Shown here in pieces: positions 51,009 through 62,222 of a stretch of 64,000 bases of DNA. The notes beneath the pieces were generated by a model that was not told the DNA's origin, ran no database searches, and worked only from the letters and a program-made list of their open reading frames with translations. The DNA is taken from positions 329,619 to 393,618 of the forward strand of contig CAVYRE010000006.1 of NCBI GenBank assembly GCA_963770875.1, given 5' to 3'. A program made the translations under genes and the position numbers. This stretch comes from an uncultured Chloroflexia bacterium. Lineage in GTDB: Bacteria; Chloroflexota; Limnocylindria; QHBO01. How positions within the stretch are numbered: the first letter of the stretch is position 1; every line of letters begins with the position of its first letter.

Positions 51009-51790
51009 GTCAGGCGCGCACGCGACCGTCGACCGCCAGGCTGTAGACCGCGACCAGCACCGCCAGCAGCGCGCCGCCGGCCATCCAGCCGCCGAGCAGG
51101 TCCATCGGGTAGTGGGCCTCCAGGTAGAGGCGGATCAGGCTGATGGCGCCGATCAGGACGATCGCCACCGCGTAGGCGGTCATCCCCTGTCGACGCGTGC
51201 CGACCCGCGCGATGCAGAAGGCGAGCAGCCCGTAGAAGACGGTGGCGCGCAGGGCGTGCCCGGCCGGGAAGTCGGCGATGTCGTCGAGCCCGATTCCCGT
51301 TCACGTTGAAGAGCGCGTTCCAGAGCTGGCCGAGGCTGACCTGCGGGTGGATGGCGGTGAAGAACTTCAGCGCCCACTCGATCGGGAAGGCAAGCGTGCC
51401 GGCAGCGAGGAGGAGCGCCAGGTCGATGCGACGGCGCCAGAGGGCCACGAGCCCAGCCACGCCGAAGCCGAGCGCCACGAACCAGCCTGAGCCGAGGCCG
51501 CTGATGGCGATCAGCAGCGAGTCGAGCGGCGGTACGTTGTGCACGACCCAGGCGTGGAACTGCGGCACCACCTTGGTCATCAGCCACTCTTCCGGCACGG
51601 TGTAGGTGGTCGTGCGCTTGAAGGTGACCAGCCAGAACAGGCTGGGGAGCGCGATCAGGGCGAGCAGGAATGCGAAGGCCGGGCTGGGGACAGCGCTGCC
51701 GAGCGAGTCCGGAGCACCCGGAGCCGTGGCCGGACGGCTCGTGGGGTCCGGGACTCGTCGCACGCTGCGTAGTATAGGGACGCCCTCCGG
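51009..51790 (-). CDS. PAP2-family membrane phosphatase; frameshift near 51290; N-terminal boundary approximate
   Basis: Motif 1 LKFFTAIHP lies in the frame of ORF 50666..52012. Motifs FPAGHA (PSGH-like) and LYLEAHYPMDLLGGW lie in another frame, which ends at 51009, 3 nt from dedA. Confidence 0.55.
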
Positions 51791-51893
51791 CGCTCCCGGA
51801 GGTTCGAAACCGGCCTGACAAACCACCGAAAGGAGCCGCGCCACGCTCCCAGCGCCGACCACTCCGCTGCTCCTGACCGGTCGGGACCTGACC

Positions 51894-53372
<1,479 letters not shown>

Positions 53373-53375
53373 CCG

Positions 53376-54123
53376 ATGGCCGACTCCGGCCTCTCCTTCT
53401 CCCTGGTCGACGCGGAGTCCTTTGCGCTCGATCCCTGCGCCCGCCGAGCCGGGCGCACAAGTGCCAGACCTGCGACTACTGGGAGCGGCTCGACGGCCAC
53501 CGCGAGGCGTCGACCTCCGAGGCTGCGGCCGAGCTGAAGCTGTCGCGCCTCCTGGCCGGGACACGCCTCGCCGGCGCCTACGGGATGCTCGCCTGGAGCG
53601 TGGATGCCGCCGGGGACCGGGTGGCCGTCGGCTGGGCGCAGTTCGGACCGATCTCCACCTACCCGCGCGCCCAGATCATCCGGGAGCGGTACCCGTCGCT
53701 CCCCGACTCGCCGGCCCCGTGGGTGGTGACCTGCCTCCAGGTCGTGGCCGAGACCATGGACCGCGAGGGCGCTGCCGCCGCGCTCCTCTCGGCCGTCTGC
53801 GACGAGCTGGACCGGCGGGGGATCATCGCCGTGGAGGGCTACCCCGAAGGCGTCGCCGGATCCCTGGTCGCTGCCCGCCGGGCCTGCCTCGGCGTACACC
53901 GCGGCTGGCTTCACGCACGCCGCCGGCGAGGACCGCTTCCCCGTCTATCGCCGCGAGCTCGACGCCTCTGCGGACGTGGGCTGGGGCGACCTCCTATCGC
54001 GCGCGAAGCCGCCGGACGAGAGCGAGGAGTGGCCGCTGCCGCTCCCCAAGGGACCGACCGAGGAGGATCTGTTCCGCCTCCCGCCAAAGCCCTCACGCCC
54101 GAACCCGTTCGGCGACGACTAGG
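53376..54123 (+). CDS. GNAT-like acetyltransferase-fold protein, split by two frameshifts (near 53400-53460 and 53880-53900)
   Basis: Three frames join: [21 protein letters not shown]…, then …[17 protein letters not shown]…[11 protein letters not shown]…[37 protein letters not shown], then …[24 protein letters not shown]…PNPFGDD(stop). Confidence 0.45.
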
Positions 54124-54296
54124 CCGCTCCCCGCCTGCCGGCGCCGGCGCTGCCGAGCTCGTACGCCTCGGCCAGCCAGGGGCGCAGGTCGTCGGTCAGC
54201 TGTGCCGGTTCGGTCACCTCGAGCGTGTGGACGTGGCGGAGGTCCACATCGGGCGCTGCATGCCGGGAGGGTATCGCGCAGGCCTATCATCGGTCC

Positions 54297-55990
54297 ATGA
54301 CGGCGACTGCCAAACCAGCCTCCGGGCCCCGCCCCGTCCACGCTCCGCACGGGACGCAGCTCTCCTGCAAGGGCTGGGGCCAGGAGGCGGCGCTGCGGAT
54401 GCTCATGAACAACCTCGACCCCGACGTGGCCGAGGACCCCGACCACCTCATCGTCTACGGCGGCACCGGTCGGGCGGCGCGCAGCTGGGAGGCGTTCGAC
54501 GCCATCGTCCGCGAGCTGCGCGCCTCGAGAACGACGAGACCCTGCTCGTCCAGAGCGGCAAGCCGGTCGGGGTGTTCCGCACCACGACCGAGGCGCCGCG
54601 CGTGCTGATCGTCAACGCGATGCTCGTCCCCCACTGGGCGACCTGGGAGCAGTTCCGCGAGCTGGAGCGCGCCGGCCTGACGATGTACGGCCAGATGACG
54701 GCAGGGTCGTGGATCTACATCGCCACCCAGGGAATCATCCAGGGCACCTACGAGACCTTCGCCGAGTGCGCGCGGCAGCACTTCGGAGGCTCGCTGAAGG
54801 GCACGGCAACGCTGACGGCGGGCCTCGGCGGGATGGGCGGCGCGCAGCCGCTGGCGATCACCATGAACGGCGGCGCGGTGCTGGCGATCGAGGTTGACCC
54901 CGCACGAGCGGAGCGACGCCATGCGATCGGCTACGTCGACGAGGTGACGACCGACCTCGACGAGGCGGTCCGCAAGGTCGACGCCTGGCGGGCCGCAGGC
55001 GAAGGACGCTCCATCGCGCTGATCGCCAACGCATCGGACGTCGAGCCCGAGCTGGTCGAACGTGGCTGGCACCCCGACATCGTCACCGACCAGACCAGCG
55101 CCCACGACCCGCTGAACGGGTACGTGCCGGGAGGGATCGGCCTGGCCGAGGCGCTGGCGCTGCGCGCAAGCGACCCCGAGGCGTACACCCGTCAATCCAT
55201 GGCATCCATCGCCGAGCACGTGCGGGCGATGCTCGCCTTCCAGGCATCGGGCTCGGTCGTCTTCGACTACGGCAACAACATCCGCAGCTTCGCGCGCGAC
55301 GCCGGCGTGGAGAACGCCTTCGACTTCCCCGGCTTCGTGCCGGCCTTCATCCGGCCGCTCTTCTGCGAGGGGAAGGGGCCCTTCCGCTGGGCCGCCCTGT
55401 CGGGCGACCCGAACGACATCCTCAAGACCGATGCGGCCCTGGCCGCCCTCTTCCCGGAGGACGAATCGCTGCACCGATGGCTGCGCCTGGCCGAGGAGAA
55501 GGTGCCGTTCCAGGGGCTGCCGGCGCGCATCTGCTGGCTCGGCTACGGCGAACGGGCGAAGGCGGGGCTGAAGATCAACGAGATGGTGCGGTCGGGCGAG
55601 CTGTCGGCGCCGATCGTGATCGGGCGCGACCACCTGGACGCGGGCTCCGTCGCCAGCCCCTATCGCGAGACCGAGGGGATGAAGGATGGGTCCGACGCGA
55701 TCGCGGACTGGCCGATCCTCAACGCCCTGGTCAACACGGCCGCCGGCGCCACCTGGGTCAGCGTCCACCACGGCGGCGGCGTGGGGATCGGCTACAGCCT
55801 GCATGCCGGGATGGTGGTCGTCGCGGACGGGACCGATGCCGCCGCCGCTCGCCTGCAGCGCGTCCTGACCACCGACCCGGGGATGGGCGTCATCCGCCAC
55901 GCCGACGCGGGCTACGAGCGCGCCCTCGAGGTCGCCCGGGAGCGCGGCGTGCGCGTCCCGATGTCCGACGCCGATGCCGGCGGAGCCTGA
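54297..55990 (+). CDS. hutU: Urocanate hydratase; frameshift near 54520
   Basis: N-terminus [76 protein letters not shown] lies in ORF 54225..54608. The rest, from [17 protein letters not shown]… onward, lies in ORF 53138..55990. Confidence 0.85.
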
Positions 55991-56500
55991 GGTCGGCCTT
56001 CGGGCCTGGACCGAGGACGACCTGCCGCTCCTGCGCGGGCTGCTCGGCGACCCGGCGATGATGACCTACCTCGGCGGCCCCGAGTCCGAGGAGAAGCTTC
56101 TCGACCGGCATGCCCGCTACCAGCTCATCGACGCGTCCGGCACCGGACGCGTCTTCGTGATCACCGTCGGGCCCGGAGCGAACGGCGGCCGGCTGGGTCG
56201 GCTACTGGCAGACGACCTGGCACGGACGAGCCGGCCTGGGAGACCGGCTGGAGCGTCCTCCCCGAGTTCCAGGGCCGTGGCCTCGCGACCCGCGGTGCGG
56301 CGCTGGCGCTGGAGGTACTCGGCCGCCGAGGGAAGGTATCGGTTCGTGTACGCCTTCCCGGCCGTCGCGAACGGACCGTCGAACGGCGTCTGCGCGAAGC
56401 TCGGGTTCGAGATGATCGGCACGGAGGAGCTGGAGTATCCGCCCGACTCGGACCTCTGGATGGAGTGCGCCGTCTGGCGCCGCGAGCTGCTGATCGGAGC
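55974..56500 (+). CDS. GNAT-family N-acetyltransferase; frame leaves near 56215 and returns near 56330; 3' end approximate
   Basis: The called frame gives [20 protein letters not shown]…[13 protein letters not shown] and later …[28 protein letters not shown]…. The middle, with the acetyl-CoA motif [30 protein letters not shown], is in the +2 frame. Confidence 0.5.
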
Positions 56501-56733
56501 AGGAGGGCCGAGCCGCGGACGCCGCCTCCCGACCGAAGGCGCGGATGGTCGGCATGCTGGCCGGCAGCATCATCGCCGCGATCATCACCTGCCAGGCGAC
56601 GAGGAAGATCGGGTGTCGTGAGCCAGAGCGGCGCGCCGCCCTCGATCAGGGCGTGGTGGTGGAGGAGCGCCGCGTTGCCGGTGACCTGGGCGACCACCGC
56701 CAGGAGCCACGCACCTGCAATCACCTGGAGCAC
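56490..56733 (-). CDS. Possible small membrane protein fragments (frameshifted); very uncertain
   Basis: MLQVIAGAWLLAVVAQVTGNAALLHHHALIEGGAPLWL in one frame and …WQVMIAAMMLPASMPTIRAF… in another. Overlaps the 3' region of the GNAT call. Confidence 0.2.
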
Positions 56734-56787
56734 GGGACGGAGCTGCGTCGGCGTCGCCGCGGTGTCAGAGCCCGCGTTCGGCGGTCA

Positions 56788-57340
56788 TCAGACGAGGTCG
56801 AGGCTGCAGCCGAAGGCTCGGGTCTTCGCGATCCGCACCGTTCGCCCCGCCAGCACGTCGTCGAGGGCGTTCCGCAGATCGTGGCTCGTCACGTTCGCGG
56901 CGAACCTCGAGTCGTCGAATCGTCCCTCGTACCGCAGCCGGCGTGCCCGGTCGAGGACGAAGACGTGGAACGTGCATGACGCACCGAACGCCTTGGCCAC
57001 GCGCTGGCCCTCGTCGACCAGGTACGGGAAGGCATAGCCGTCCTCGGCTGGCACGCTCGACCATGCGCGGGAAGCTCTCGTCGGGATACAGGTGCGGGTC
57101 GTTCGAGTTGATCGCCACGACCTGCACGCCGCGCGGGCCGTACTCGCGCCTGGAGCGCGTTCATCCGCTCGGCATACGCCTTGGCCGTCGGGCAGCGGTT
57201 CGACGAGAAGATCAGCACCAGCGCGTCGCGGTCGGCGAAGTCCGAGGAGCCATGGCGCCGATCATCGGTGCCCGAGCAGACCTTCGAAAACTGGGCCCCG
57301 GTGCGCCGATCGGGAGCGTCGCCGAGGCGGGCGACGCTTC
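56788..57340 (-). CDS. Thioredoxin-fold (redoxin / peroxiredoxin-like) protein, broken by at least 2, probably 4, frameshifts
   Basis: Three frames give consecutive pieces: …DFADRDALVLIFSSNRCPTAKAYAERMNALQAR, then YGPRGVQVVAINSNDPHLYPDESFPRMVERA, then EDGYAFPYLVDEGQRVAKAFGASCTFHVFVLDRARRLRYEGRFDD…. The junctions were verified on the DNA near 57130 and 57060. Confidence 0.45.
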
Positions 57341-57915
57341 CATGGTCTCGAGCGCGCGTCATGCCGAGGTCGCCGGGGAAACTTGTCGGGGAACTGGGCC
57401 GCCAGCCCGTCGTTGAGCGCATCGGCGACCACCATGATCTCGGTGAAGATGTCGTCGAAGGCCTTGATGTCGGCTGCCCAGTCGCCGCTGATCCGGGCGA
57501 CCGCCTCGTCCTTGGTGAGCTTGAGGTGCAGCGAGAGCAGGTCGACGAGGTCCTTCTTCGGCCAGTTGGAGTTGGCACCGGCCAGGAAGCCGGCGATCTC
57601 CTCGACGTTGGCGGTCCACCGTGCGTCGTGCTTGGCGAACGCTGCCTGGTCACCGGACTTCGCGGCGGCAACGAGGTCGACCGCGATCATGATGTGCTGC
57701 TTGAGCAGGTCGGTCAGCTTGTCACCGGCGGCCTGGCCATAGAAGCCGACGATGGCGGCGCCGATGTCCTCCTGGTTCTTGAGCAGACGCCCGGCCGCGG
57801 CATCCGCGTCTGGCGTGCCGGCCACGGCGGCGACGATGTACTCGCGGGTCCAGATCACGTGATCCGACCACAGCTTGCGAAGTGCAAGGCGGACCGGTTC
57901 TCTCGAGGTTGCCAT
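57262..57915 (-). CDS. Hypothetical protein (~175 conserved-looking aa); 3' end uncertain
   Basis: MATSREPVRLALRKLWSDHVIWTREYIVAAVAGTPDADAAAGRLLKNQEDIGAAIVGFYG…AQFPDKFP. The tail RRPRHDARSRPWKRRPPRRR looks like out-of-frame read-through. Confidence 0.45.
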   Translation of the reverse strand: MATSREPVRLALRKLWSDHVIWTREYIVAAVAGTPDADAAAGRLLKNQEDIGAAIVGFYGQAAGDKLTDLLKQHIMIAVDLVAAAKSGDQAAFAKHDARWTANVEEIAGFLAGANSNWPKKDLVDLLSLHLKLTKDEAVARISGDWAADIKAFDDIFTEIMVVADALNDGLAAQFPDKFPRRPRHDARSRPWKRRPPRRRSRSAHRGPVFEGLLGHR

Positions 57916-58023
57916 CAGCTCTCCTCTGCGCTGCGTTTCTAAGTGGAACGGGCATTATCGTTACAGAGGGGTGGAGGCATGTCAAGTCTTTCACTAATGC
58001 GATGTTGGTGTTAGACTGCGGAC
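57916..58023. promoter_or_regulatory. Low-GC (~47%) divergent promoter region between the hypothetical gene and the regulator gene
   Basis: A 108-bp gap in a ~70% GC window. Contains TTGGTG…TTAGACT and an imperfect inverted repeat AAGTCT…AGACT. Confidence 0.3.
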
Positions 58024-58764
58024 ATGACGGAATCCGTGCCCGTTGGCGATGCGGTCGAGGCGGTCGCTCTCCTCGACGAGCCGAACCGGCGGCAGCTCTA
58101 TGACCTGGTCGTCGCCAGTCATGAGCCGATGGGCCGCGACGACGCGGCCTCGGCGCTGAAGATCAGCCGCGAGCTCGCCGCGTTCCACCTCGACCGGCTC
58201 GTGGAGGCCGGCCTCCTCGAGACGGAGTACCGGCGCCGTGGGGGCCGCACCGGCCCAGGTGCTGGGCGCCCGGCGAAGTTCTATCGACGATCGGAACGCG
58301 AGCTGTCGGTCTCGTTCCCCCCGCGGCGCTACGACGCGGCGGCCGAGGTGATGGCCACGGCGCTCGACCGGCTCCGGCCGTCTGCGGGGACCGATGTGGT
58401 GAAAGCCGTGGCCCGTGAGCGCGGGATGGCGGTCGGGCTCGAGGCGCGGCGCAGCGCCGGCTCGCGGCCCGGGCGGCGCCGCTTGCGTGAGGCGCTGCTC
58501 GACATGCTGCGCGACGCGGGCTACGCCCCGGAGGTGGCCACCGCGGACGGCGCTGTGGTGCTGCGGAATTGCCCCTTCGATTCGCTCGCCGCGAAGCACC
58601 GCGACCTGACCTGCGGGATGAACCTCGCCTGGGCGGACGGGGTGACCAAGGCCCTGGCCGACTCGGGGCTGACGCCGCAGCTCGACCCCAAGCCGGGGTA
58701 CTGCTGCGTCGTATTTCAATCGGCAACACCCCCGTCGGCTCGCCGGTCAACGAAGAAGGAGTAG
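58024..58764 (+). CDS. Winged-helix (ArsR-like) transcriptional regulator with a Cys-containing C-terminal domain
   Basis: 246 aa. HTH region RRQLYDLVVASHEPMGRDDAASALKISRELAAFHLDRLVEAGLL. C-terminal …LRNCPFDSLAAKHRDLTCGMNLAWADG…GYCCVVF. Confidence 0.55.
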   Translation: MTESVPVGDAVEAVALLDEPNRRQLYDLVVASHEPMGRDDAASALKISRELAAFHLDRLVEAGLLETEYRRRGGRTGPGAGRPAKFYRRSERELSVSFPPRRYDAAAEVMATALDRLRPSAGTDVVKAVARERGMAVGLEARRSAGSRPGRRRLREALLDMLRDAGYAPEVATADGAVVLRNCPFDSLAAKHRDLTCGMNLAWADGVTKALADSGLTPQLDPKPGYCCVVFQSATPPSARRSTKKE

Positions 58765-58768
58765 CGAC

Positions 58769-58966
58769 ATGTGCTTGAACTGCGGTTGCATGCAGGCCCA
58801 CAACACCATGGGCAAGCCCGAGGTCAACATCACCTACGAGACCGTGAAGCGGGCTGCGGACGCCAACGGGATGACCGTCGAGGCGACCCTGGCCATGATC
58901 GCGAAGACGAGTGACAAGGACCGCGGCGACCACCCTGCGGAATACGCTGCGACGGAACCCGCCTAG
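58769..58966 (+). CDS. Small Cys/His-rich protein (65 aa), translationally coupled to the regulator
   Basis: GAAGGAG 7 nt before the ATG, 4 nt after the regulator stop. N-terminus MCLNCGCMQAHN (C2, C5, C7, H11). GC ~60%, lower than its neighbours. Confidence 0.5.
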   Translation: MCLNCGCMQAHNTMGKPEVNITYETVKRAADANGMTVEATLAMIAKTSDKDRGDHPAEYAATEPA

Positions 58967-60066
58967 GCGAGCAGCTCGGGCGCCAGGTCGGCGATCGAGG
59001 CGGCGCCGGCGAGCCCCATCGCGTTCTCCAGCTCCTTGGTGAGCAGGTCGAGGACGTTGCCGACGCCCGCCTCGCCATCCACGGCGAGCCCCCAGATGAT
59101 CGGCCGGCCGATGCCCACCGCGGTCGCGCCCATGGCCAGCGAGATGAGGACGTCGGTGCCGCGTCGCACGCCGCCGTCGAGGAGGATCGGGACGCGGCCG
59201 GCGACCACGTCGACGATCGCCGGCAGCGCGTCGAGGCTCGCGATCGAGGCATCGAGCTGGCGCCCTCCGTGGTTGCTCACACCGATCCCCGCCGCCCCGT
59301 GTTCGATCGCCAGCCGCGCGTCGTCGGGATGGAGGATCCCCTTGATGATGACCGGCAGGCCGAAGCCGGCCAGCCACTCCAGATCGGCCCAGGTCAGGCG
59401 GTCGGTGAAGGCGACCGACGCCACCTCGGCCGGCGACACCCCGGCGGCGAGCGCCACGTTCGGGATGTCGACCCCTTCAGGGATCCGGAAACCGACGCGC
59501 AGGTCCCGCTCCCGCCGCCCGATACGTGCCAGGTCGACGGTGAGCACCAGGGCCTCGTAGCCGTTATCGACGGCTCGCTGCACGAGGGCGCGGCGCGCCC
59601 CGGAATCGGCAAGCAGGTAGACCTGGAACCAGCGCGGCCCGCCGACCGTCGCGATCTCGGCGAGGTCCGTGCTGGCCGAGGTCGAGACCGCCATCGTCAC
59701 GCCACGGGCCGCGGCAGCCCGGGCCACGGCCAGCTCGCCGTCGGGATGAGCCATCCGCTGGAGGGCCGTCGGCGCGATCCATATCGGCGTCGGCCAACGC
59801 CGGCCCAAGAGGTCGATGCCGGTGTCCACCCTCGACACGTCGCGCATGACGCGCGGCACGATCGCCTGGCGCGCGAAGGCGGCGCGGTTGTCGCGCAGGG
59901 TGACCTCGTCGGCCGCGCCGCCGCTGAAGTAGGCGAGGGGCCCGGGGGCGATCCGCTCCGCCGCGACCCGCTCGTAATCGTCGAGGTTGATCAGGTTCGG
60001 ATCGGCCGGGAGGTTCGGCTCGAAGCTGGCGCGCGGCGGGACCGGCAAGCCGGACGGACCTGACAT
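58963..60066 (-). CDS. FMN-dependent alpha-hydroxy-acid dehydrogenase / oxidase (LldD, glycolate oxidase or mandelate dehydrogenase family)
   Basis: ATG at 60066 (alternative at 60084). SNHGGRQLD and GGVRRGTDVL motifs. The upstream 220 codons of the track ORF are junk. Confidence 0.75.
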   Translation of the reverse strand: MSGPSGLPVPPRASFEPNLPADPNLINLDDYERVAAERIAPGPLAYFSGGAADEVTLRDNRAAFARQAIVPRVMRDVSRVDTGIDLLGRRWPTPIWIAPTALQRMAHPDGELAVARAAAARGVTMAVSTSASTDLAEIATVGGPRWFQVYLLADSGARRALVQRAVDNGYEALVLTVDLARIGRRERDLRVGFRIPEGVDIPNVALAAGVSPAEVASVAFTDRLTWADLEWLAGFGLPVIIKGILHPDDARLAIEHGAAGIGVSNHGGRQLDASIASLDALPAIVDVVAGRVPILLDGGVRRGTDVLISLAMGATAVGIGRPIIWGLAVDGEAGVGNVLDLLTKELENAMGLAGAASIADLAPELLA

Positions 60067-60090
60067 CGATGGGCAGCGTAGCATCGGGGC

Positions 60091-61253
60091 ATGGCCGTAT
60101 TCGACCCCGAGGCGCCCCTCTCCGGCGCGCCCGACCCCTGGGCCGGCTCGGAGATGCCCGCGCTGCGCGATGGCCCGCCGTACGCGATGACCGAGATGAT
60201 CGCGGCTGAGCCCGCGCTCGCCGAGCGACTGGTGCATCGGCTGCAGGCAAGCCCAACCGTGCCACGCGTGGCCGAGGTCATCCAACGGGCTGCGATCGAG
60301 CGCCGGCCGATCCTCACCACCGGCTGCGGAACCAGCGAGCACGCCGCCATGATCGCGGCAGAGCTGCTGACCGACGCACTTGACGGGGCCACGGTCTGGC
60401 CGATGCAGGCGCTCGAGGTCGTGCGCCGCCCTCCGGCTGGTGGGGTGCTGCTCGCGGTCTCCCACGAGGGCGGGACGTGGGCCACCAACGAGGCGCTGAA
60501 GGCCGCTGGCGTGGCCGGGACCTCCACAGCTCTCATCACGGTCAGCGACCGCTCGCCCGGGGCGTCGCTCGCCGAGCTGGTGATCACCACCGACGAGCAG
60601 GACCAGAGCTGGTGCCACACCATCGGATACCTCTCGCCGGTGCTCGTCGCCGCGGCCGTGGCCGCCGAGCTGCGCGGCACGCCTCTCGACCCGCTCGTCG
60701 TCCGTGCGCTGCTCCAGGTCGCCGACCACGAGCCTGGCGCGGAGAGCGTGCGCTGCCGCCCTCGCGGGTTGCTCCCGCCTGCTGGTCGTCGGCTCCGGAC
60801 TCGACTACCCCGCTGCACGGGAGCTGGCCCTCAAGATCGAGGAGGGGGCGCAGCTGCCGGCATCCGCGCTCCAGCTCGAGACGATCCGCCACGGACACCT
60901 CGCGGCGGCCGATGAGCACACCGGGCTGATCCTCGTCCTCACCGATGCCGAGGGTTGGGGCGAGACGCTCCTCGAGCGATCGCGCGCCGTCCTGCGTTCC
61001 GCAGCCGCGCTGGGCATGCCGGCTGCGGCAATCCTGGCCGCCGACCTGGGCGACGAGGTCCCGCGGCCACTCACCCCGGCCGGGCGGCTGAGCGTGCCGC
61101 TGGCCGGGGCGCTGCCGCGGACGATCGGGGCGGCGATCGCCACCGCCCTCCCGCTCCAGCTCCTCGCCGAGCGCCTGGCGCGGGCCCGGGGCAGGAACCC
61201 TGACCCGATCGGTCGAGACGAACCCGCGTCAGGCTGCCGCCGGCGACGCCTGA
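60091..61253 (+). CDS. Two-domain SIS (sugar isomerase) protein, AgaS / GlmS-C-like; frameshift near 60740; 3' end uncertain
   Basis: First SIS domain with GCGTSEHAA is in ORF 60091..60915. Second domain (…LLVVGSGLDYPAARELALKIEEG…) is in the frame of ORF 60704... Divergent from the dehydrogenase with only 7-25 bp between the starts. Confidence 0.55.
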
Positions 61254-61307
61254 GCGGGGACCCGCGGGTATCATCGGTCCACCCAAGCCACGCCCAGCGA
61301 GGACCGC

Positions 61308-62222
61308 GTGCCCAGCCTGATCGAGTGCGTCCCGAACTTCTCCGAGGGGCGCCGCCCCGAGGTGGTGGAGGAGATCGTCCGCGCGGTCCGCTCGATCGAC
61401 GGCGTGACGCTGCTCGACTTTTCGCGGGACGAGACCCACAACCGCTCCGTGGTGACCTTCGCGGGCTCCGCCGAGCCGGTGGTCAGGGCCGCGACCGCCG
61501 CCGTCGGCCGCGCGCTCGAGCTGATCGACATGGAGCGCCAGACGGGGGCGCATCCGCGCATCGGCAGCGTCGACGTCATCCCGTTCGTGCCGCTCGGCAC
61601 GACCCGCATGGAGGAGTGCGTCGACCTGGCGCGCCGCTTCGGCGAGCAGATCGCGCGCACCTTCGAGTTGCCGGTCTACCTCTACGGCGAGGCCGCTCTG
61701 CGTCCGCAGTACAAGCGGCTGGCCGATGTCCGCAAGGGCCAGTACGAGGGGCTCAAGGAGGAGATCGGTGTCAACCCCGAACGCGACCCCGACTACGGGC
61801 CGAAGCGGCTGCACCCGCGCGGCGGCGCGGTGGCGGTGGGCGCGAGGAAGCCGCTCATCGCCTTCAACGTGAACCTCGCCAGCGACGACCTGGCCATCGC
61901 CCGGCGCATCGCGGAGACGATCCGAGAATCGTCCGGCGGGATGCCGGCGGTGCAGGCCATGGCGGTCCTGCTCGAGAACCCCGGCGAGCCGCGCTACGCG
62001 CAGGTCAGCATGAACCTGGTCGACTGGGAGCGGACCGGCATCGCGAGCGTCGTCGACGAGATCCGGCGCCTCGCGCGGAAGTCGGGCGTGGAGATCGACC
62101 ATTGCGAGCTGATCGGGCTGGCGCCGGCCGGGGCGCTGCTCGAGGTGGCGGCCGAGGCGCTCGGGCTCCGCGGCTTCAGCGCCGACCAGGCCCTCGAGCT
62201 GCGGCTGGCGCGAGACCGATGA
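61308..62222 (+). CDS. Glutamate formimidoyltransferase (FtcD N-terminal transferase domain)
   Basis: 304 aa. MPSLIECVPNFSEGRR… characteristic formiminotransferase N-terminus. ATGA overlap with argS. Confidence 0.75.
   Translation: MPSLIECVPNFSEGRRPEVVEEIVRAVRSIDGVTLLDFSRDETHNRSVVTFAGSAEPVVRAATAAVGRALELIDMERQTGAHPRIGSVDVIPFVPLGTTRMEECVDLARRFGEQIARTFELPVYLYGEAALRPQYKRLADVRKGQYEGLKEEIGVNPERDPDYGPKRLHPRGGAVAVGARKPLIAFNVNLASDDLAIARRIAETIRESSGGMPAVQAMAVLLENPGEPRYAQVSMNLVDWERTGIASVVDEIRRLARKSGVEIDHCELIGLAPAGALLEVAAEALGLRGFSADQALELRLARDR

Noticed and set aside
51796-51815. tRNA T-loop-like GGTTCGAAACC upstream of hutH
   Set aside because: No acceptor stem, D-arm or anticodon arm can be built around it. 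It is part of a simple hairpin.
54098-54112. Palindrome CGAACCCGTTCG resembling a LexA half-site pair
   Set aside because: The spacer is 2 nt rather than 4, and it lies inside the 3' end of a coding region.
57981-58016. 11-codon mini-ORF (MSSLSLMRCWC) in the low-GC promoter region
   Set aside because: The GGAGG is only 1 nt from the ATG and there is no coding signal. Probably just promoter sequence.
58963-60066. Mycofactocin system (MftD is an FMN-dependent LldD-like dehydrogenase)
   Set aside because: No radical-SAM mftC, no mftB, and no GVY-ending precursor nearby. The adjacent small Cys protein does not fit an MftA pattern.
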